Below, piece after piece: positions 61,763-64,000 of a stretch of DNA of 64,000 bases. The translations under genes were made by a program, and so were the position numbers. Within the stretch, counting starts at the first letter, position 1; each line of letters opens with the position of its first letter. The DNA is taken from contig JAQBRH010000004.1 of assembly GCA_028286565.1 (NCBI GenBank), positions 217,567 through 281,566 of the forward strand. Reading direction: 5' to 3'. The notes beneath the pieces are model-generated. The model worked only from the letters and a program-made list of their open reading frames with translations. It was not told the DNA's origin and did no database searches. This stretch comes from Parcubacteria group bacterium (GTDB lineage Bacteria; Patescibacteriota; Minisyncoccia; Phycocordibacterales; Zambryskibacteraceae).

Positions 61763-63073
61763 ATGGCCACAAAAAATCCGGAACGAATGGAAAAGCTCAT
61801 CTCCCTCGCCAAGAGGAGAGGTTTTATCTATCCGGGCTCCGAGATCTATGGCGGCCTCGCCGGCACGTGGGACTACGGGCCTCTGGGGATCGCCCTCAAG
61901 AAAAACATCACCGATCTCTGGTGGAAAACGTTCGTCTCGAAACGAGACAATGTATACGGCATCGACGCGGCCATCCTCATGAACGCTCGGGTATGGGAAG
62001 CTTCGGGCCACGTGGCCGGGTTCTCCGATCCTCTGGTCGAGTGCGAGAAGTGCAAGAGACGCTTCCGAGCGGACCACCTCGAAGACAAGGAGAAGTGCCC
62101 CGAATGCGGCGGCAAGCTCGGCGAACCCAAGCAGTTCAACATGATGTTCAAGACGAAAGTAGGAGCGAGCGAAGAAGCGTCCGTATCGTATCTTAGACCG
62201 GAGACGGCTCAAGGTATATTTGTGAATTTTAAAAATGTCCTCGACTCGTTCCATCCAAAGCTGCCGTTCGGCATCGCTCAGATCGGCAAGGCCTTTCGAA
62301 ACGAGATCGCGCCCCGCGACTTTATCTTTCGCGTGCGCGAGCTCGAGCAGATGGAGATAGAATATTTTGTGAAGCCCGACTCCTGGCAGGAAGAGTTCGA
62401 GAAGTGGAGAGAAGGCGTCCGGCTCTGGGTCAGCCTCCTCGGGCTTACGAATGTCCATGAGGTCGAGATAGGGGACGGCGATCGGGCCCACTATTCTGTG
62501 CGGACCGTCGACTTTGAATACGAGTACCCGTTCGGCCAGAACGAGCTTCTCGGCCTCGCCTGCCGAACGGACTTCGATCTAAAGAACCATACGAACGCGA
62601 GCGGCGTGAGCCTCGAATATTTTGATGAAGAGACCAAGGAGCGAGTAACCCCGTACGTCATCGAGCCGTCGTTCGGCGTTGAGCGGGCGGTCCTCGCCGT
62701 TTTGAACGAAGCCTACAGCGAAGACGAGCTTAGCGGAGAGCCGAGAGTATTTTTGAAATTCCCAAAGCACCTTGCTCCGGTCCGCGTCGCAGTCTTCCCA
62801 CTATTGAAGAACAAGCCCGAATTGGTGGCCAAGGCGCGCGAGATCCGCTCATTCCTCTCTGAAGAGTTCGACAATACCGTCTTCGACGACAACGGCAACA
62901 TCGGCAAGAGATACAGAAGGCAGGATGAGATCGGCACCCCGTTCTGCGTCACTATCGACTTTGACACTCTCGGCGAAAATCCAGAACTCAAGGATACCGT
63001 CACTGTCCGCGATCGAGATACAGGCGAACAAAGACGCGTGAAAGTGGCGGATTTGAAGGACGTCTTGAAGTAA
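61763..63073 (+). CDS. glyQS: Glycyl-tRNA synthetase (class II, homodimeric type)
   Basis: RRGFIYPGSEIYGGLAGTWDYGPLG N-terminus, class II motifs, and a Cys cluster CEKCKRRF...CPECGG. Confidence 0.9.
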   Translation: MATKNPERMEKLISLAKRRGFIYPGSEIYGGLAGTWDYGPLGIALKKNITDLWWKTFVSKRDNVYGIDAAILMNARVWEASGHVAGFSDPLVECEKCKRRFRADHLEDKEKCPECGGKLGEPKQFNMMFKTKVGASEEASVSYLRPETAQGIFVNFKNVLDSFHPKLPFGIAQIGKAFRNEIAPRDFIFRVRELEQMEIEYFVKPDSWQEEFEKWREGVRLWVSLLGLTNVHEVEIGDGDRAHYSVRTVDFEYEYPFGQNELLGLACRTDFDLKNHTNASGVSLEYFDEETKERVTPYVIEPSFGVERAVLAVLNEAYSEDELSGEPRVFLKFPKHLAPVRVAVFPLLKNKPELVAKAREIRSFLSEEFDNTVFDDNGNIGKRYRRQDEIGTPFCVTIDFDTLGENPELKDTVTVRDRDTGEQRRVKVADLKDVLK

Positions 63074-63090
63074 GGTATCCTTAGCTTCCT

Positions 63091-64000
63091 ATGCAATACA
63101 AAAAGAAAGTTTTAAAGAACGGGATGAGGGTGATGGTGGTGCCCTTGAAGGACACCAATACGGCGACAGTGCTCGCCCTTGTTGAGGCAGGGTCCAAATA
63201 CGAGACCAAGGACAAGAATGGCATTTCGCATTTCCTCGAACATATGTGTTTTAAAGGTACAACCAAGCGACCTACCTCTTTGCTTATAAATGCCGAGCTC
63301 GATGGGTTGGGAGCTCAACACAACGCTTTTACTAGCGAAGAGTTCACCGGGTATTATGCCAAGGCGGAAGCCTCAAAACTTTCTCAGATCGTTGACGTTA
63401 TCTCGGACATGTATCTCGACCCGATCTTCCCCGAAGCGGACATGCAGAAAGAAAAAGGCGTGATCATCCAAGAGATCAGCATGAAGGAGGATAACCCACA
63501 AAGGCTCATTCACTCTGTATTTAAAAATCTTGTGTACGGCGATCAGCCAGCCGGGTGGACAATTCTTGGGCCAAAGAAAAATATTCAAAAGATGAAAAGG
63601 GAAGACTTCGTAGAGTACAGAAAAAAGCATTATGTGGCTAAAGCCACCACTGTAGTTGTGGCCGGGAAGGTCGAAGCAAGCAAAGCGTTCAACATGATCG
63701 AGAAAGCCTTCAAGAATATCTCTACCGACAAGAAGCATCAAAAGTTAAAAGCGCGAGATGAACAAAAAACTCCGAGGATCCTCATCAAGAAAAAGGACAC
63801 GGATCAAACTCACCTGATCTTGGGTTTTCGTACCTTCGATACGTATGATAAAAGAAACGAAACACTTTCAGTGATGAATGGAGTGCTTAGTGGGGGAATG
63901 TCATCTCGACTCTTTCATAAGCTTAGGGATGAGATGGGAGCTTGTTACTACGTCTATTCGTACGTCGACGATCAAACAGATCATGGGCATCTTGCTATAG
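63091..64000 (+). CDS. M16-family (insulinase/pitrilysin-like) zinc peptidase, partial (continues beyond window)
   Basis: Inverted zinc motif HFLEHM (HxxEH) near the N-terminus, plus a downstream Glu (EISMKEDNPQ). Confidence 0.75.
   Translation, partial: MQYKKKVLKNGMRVMVVPLKDTNTATVLALVEAGSKYETKDKNGISHFLEHMCFKGTTKRPTSLLINAELDGLGAQHNAFTSEEFTGYYAKAEASKLSQIVDVISDMYLDPIFPEADMQKEKGVIIQEISMKEDNPQRLIHSVFKNLVYGDQPAGWTILGPKKNIQKMKREDFVEYRKKHYVAKATTVVVAGKVEASKAFNMIEKAFKNISTDKKHQKLKARDEQKTPRILIKKKDTDQTHLILGFRTFDTYDKRNETLSVMNGVLSGGMSSRLFHKLRDEMGACYYVYSYVDDQTDHGHLAI

Noticed and set aside
1-64000. CRISPR arrays, rRNA genes, group I/II introns, inteins
   Set aside because: No regularly spaced direct-repeat arrays, no rRNA-like conserved blocks, and no intein splice motifs flanking the IleRS insert. 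The only repeat families found are the att-like and cassette-boundary modules and the hairpin pairs listed above.

Overview
This is a 64-kb bacterial chromosomal segment of roughly 55% GC, densely packed with short genes. Many genes sit 6-8 nt downstream of TATACT/TATAAT -10 boxes, which suggests frequent leaderless transcripts. The core gene content is a PBP1A fragment, tyrS, the ruvC-yebC-ruvB cluster plus a distant ruvA, pilB and pilM/N/O, tsaE, polA, mutM, murE, rpsT, rluD-like, rplS, secE-nusG-rplK, a ThyX-like protein next to tmk, argS, ileS, recO, glyQS and an M16 peptidase fragment. That content is consistent with a reduced-genome, peptidoglycan-containing, type IV pilus-bearing bacterium, possibly Patescibacteria/CPR-like, but this is inference only. 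I read eight tRNAs: Lys-TTT, Arg-GCG (as read), Ser-TGA, Arg-TCT, Leu-CAG, Val-TAC, Leu-GAG and His-GTG. The most striking accessory content is an AT-rich composite island downstream of tRNA-His (28.1-40.4 kb). Its first segment carries a large serine recombinase whose ORF reads into the antisense of tRNA-His, a 12-bp att-like direct repeat, and a KAP P-loop NTPase with a Zn-ribbon and an RHH protein. A tandem array of short gene cassettes follows, each preceded by a conserved boundary/promoter module (AGTTCTAAACCC...GGGGTATACT). The cassettes include a near-identical pair of small membrane HExxH zincin-like genes with different downstream enzymes (a nucleotidyltransferase versus an M15 peptidase), a SET-domain protein, an alpha/beta hydrolase and anchored secreted proteins. 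Other notable points are an IleRS carrying an in-frame histidine-phosphatase (PGAM-like) domain insertion, a divergent ThyX-like protein with a C-terminal extension, a PEP-CTERM protein in a GC-rich patch, tRNA-3'-end repeat footprints at both tRNA-Arg genes, and a low-coding, possibly decayed stretch after the first tRNA-Arg. I found no rRNA or CRISPR array. Several long ORFs in the six-frame track are antisense artefacts of the GC-rich coding strand.
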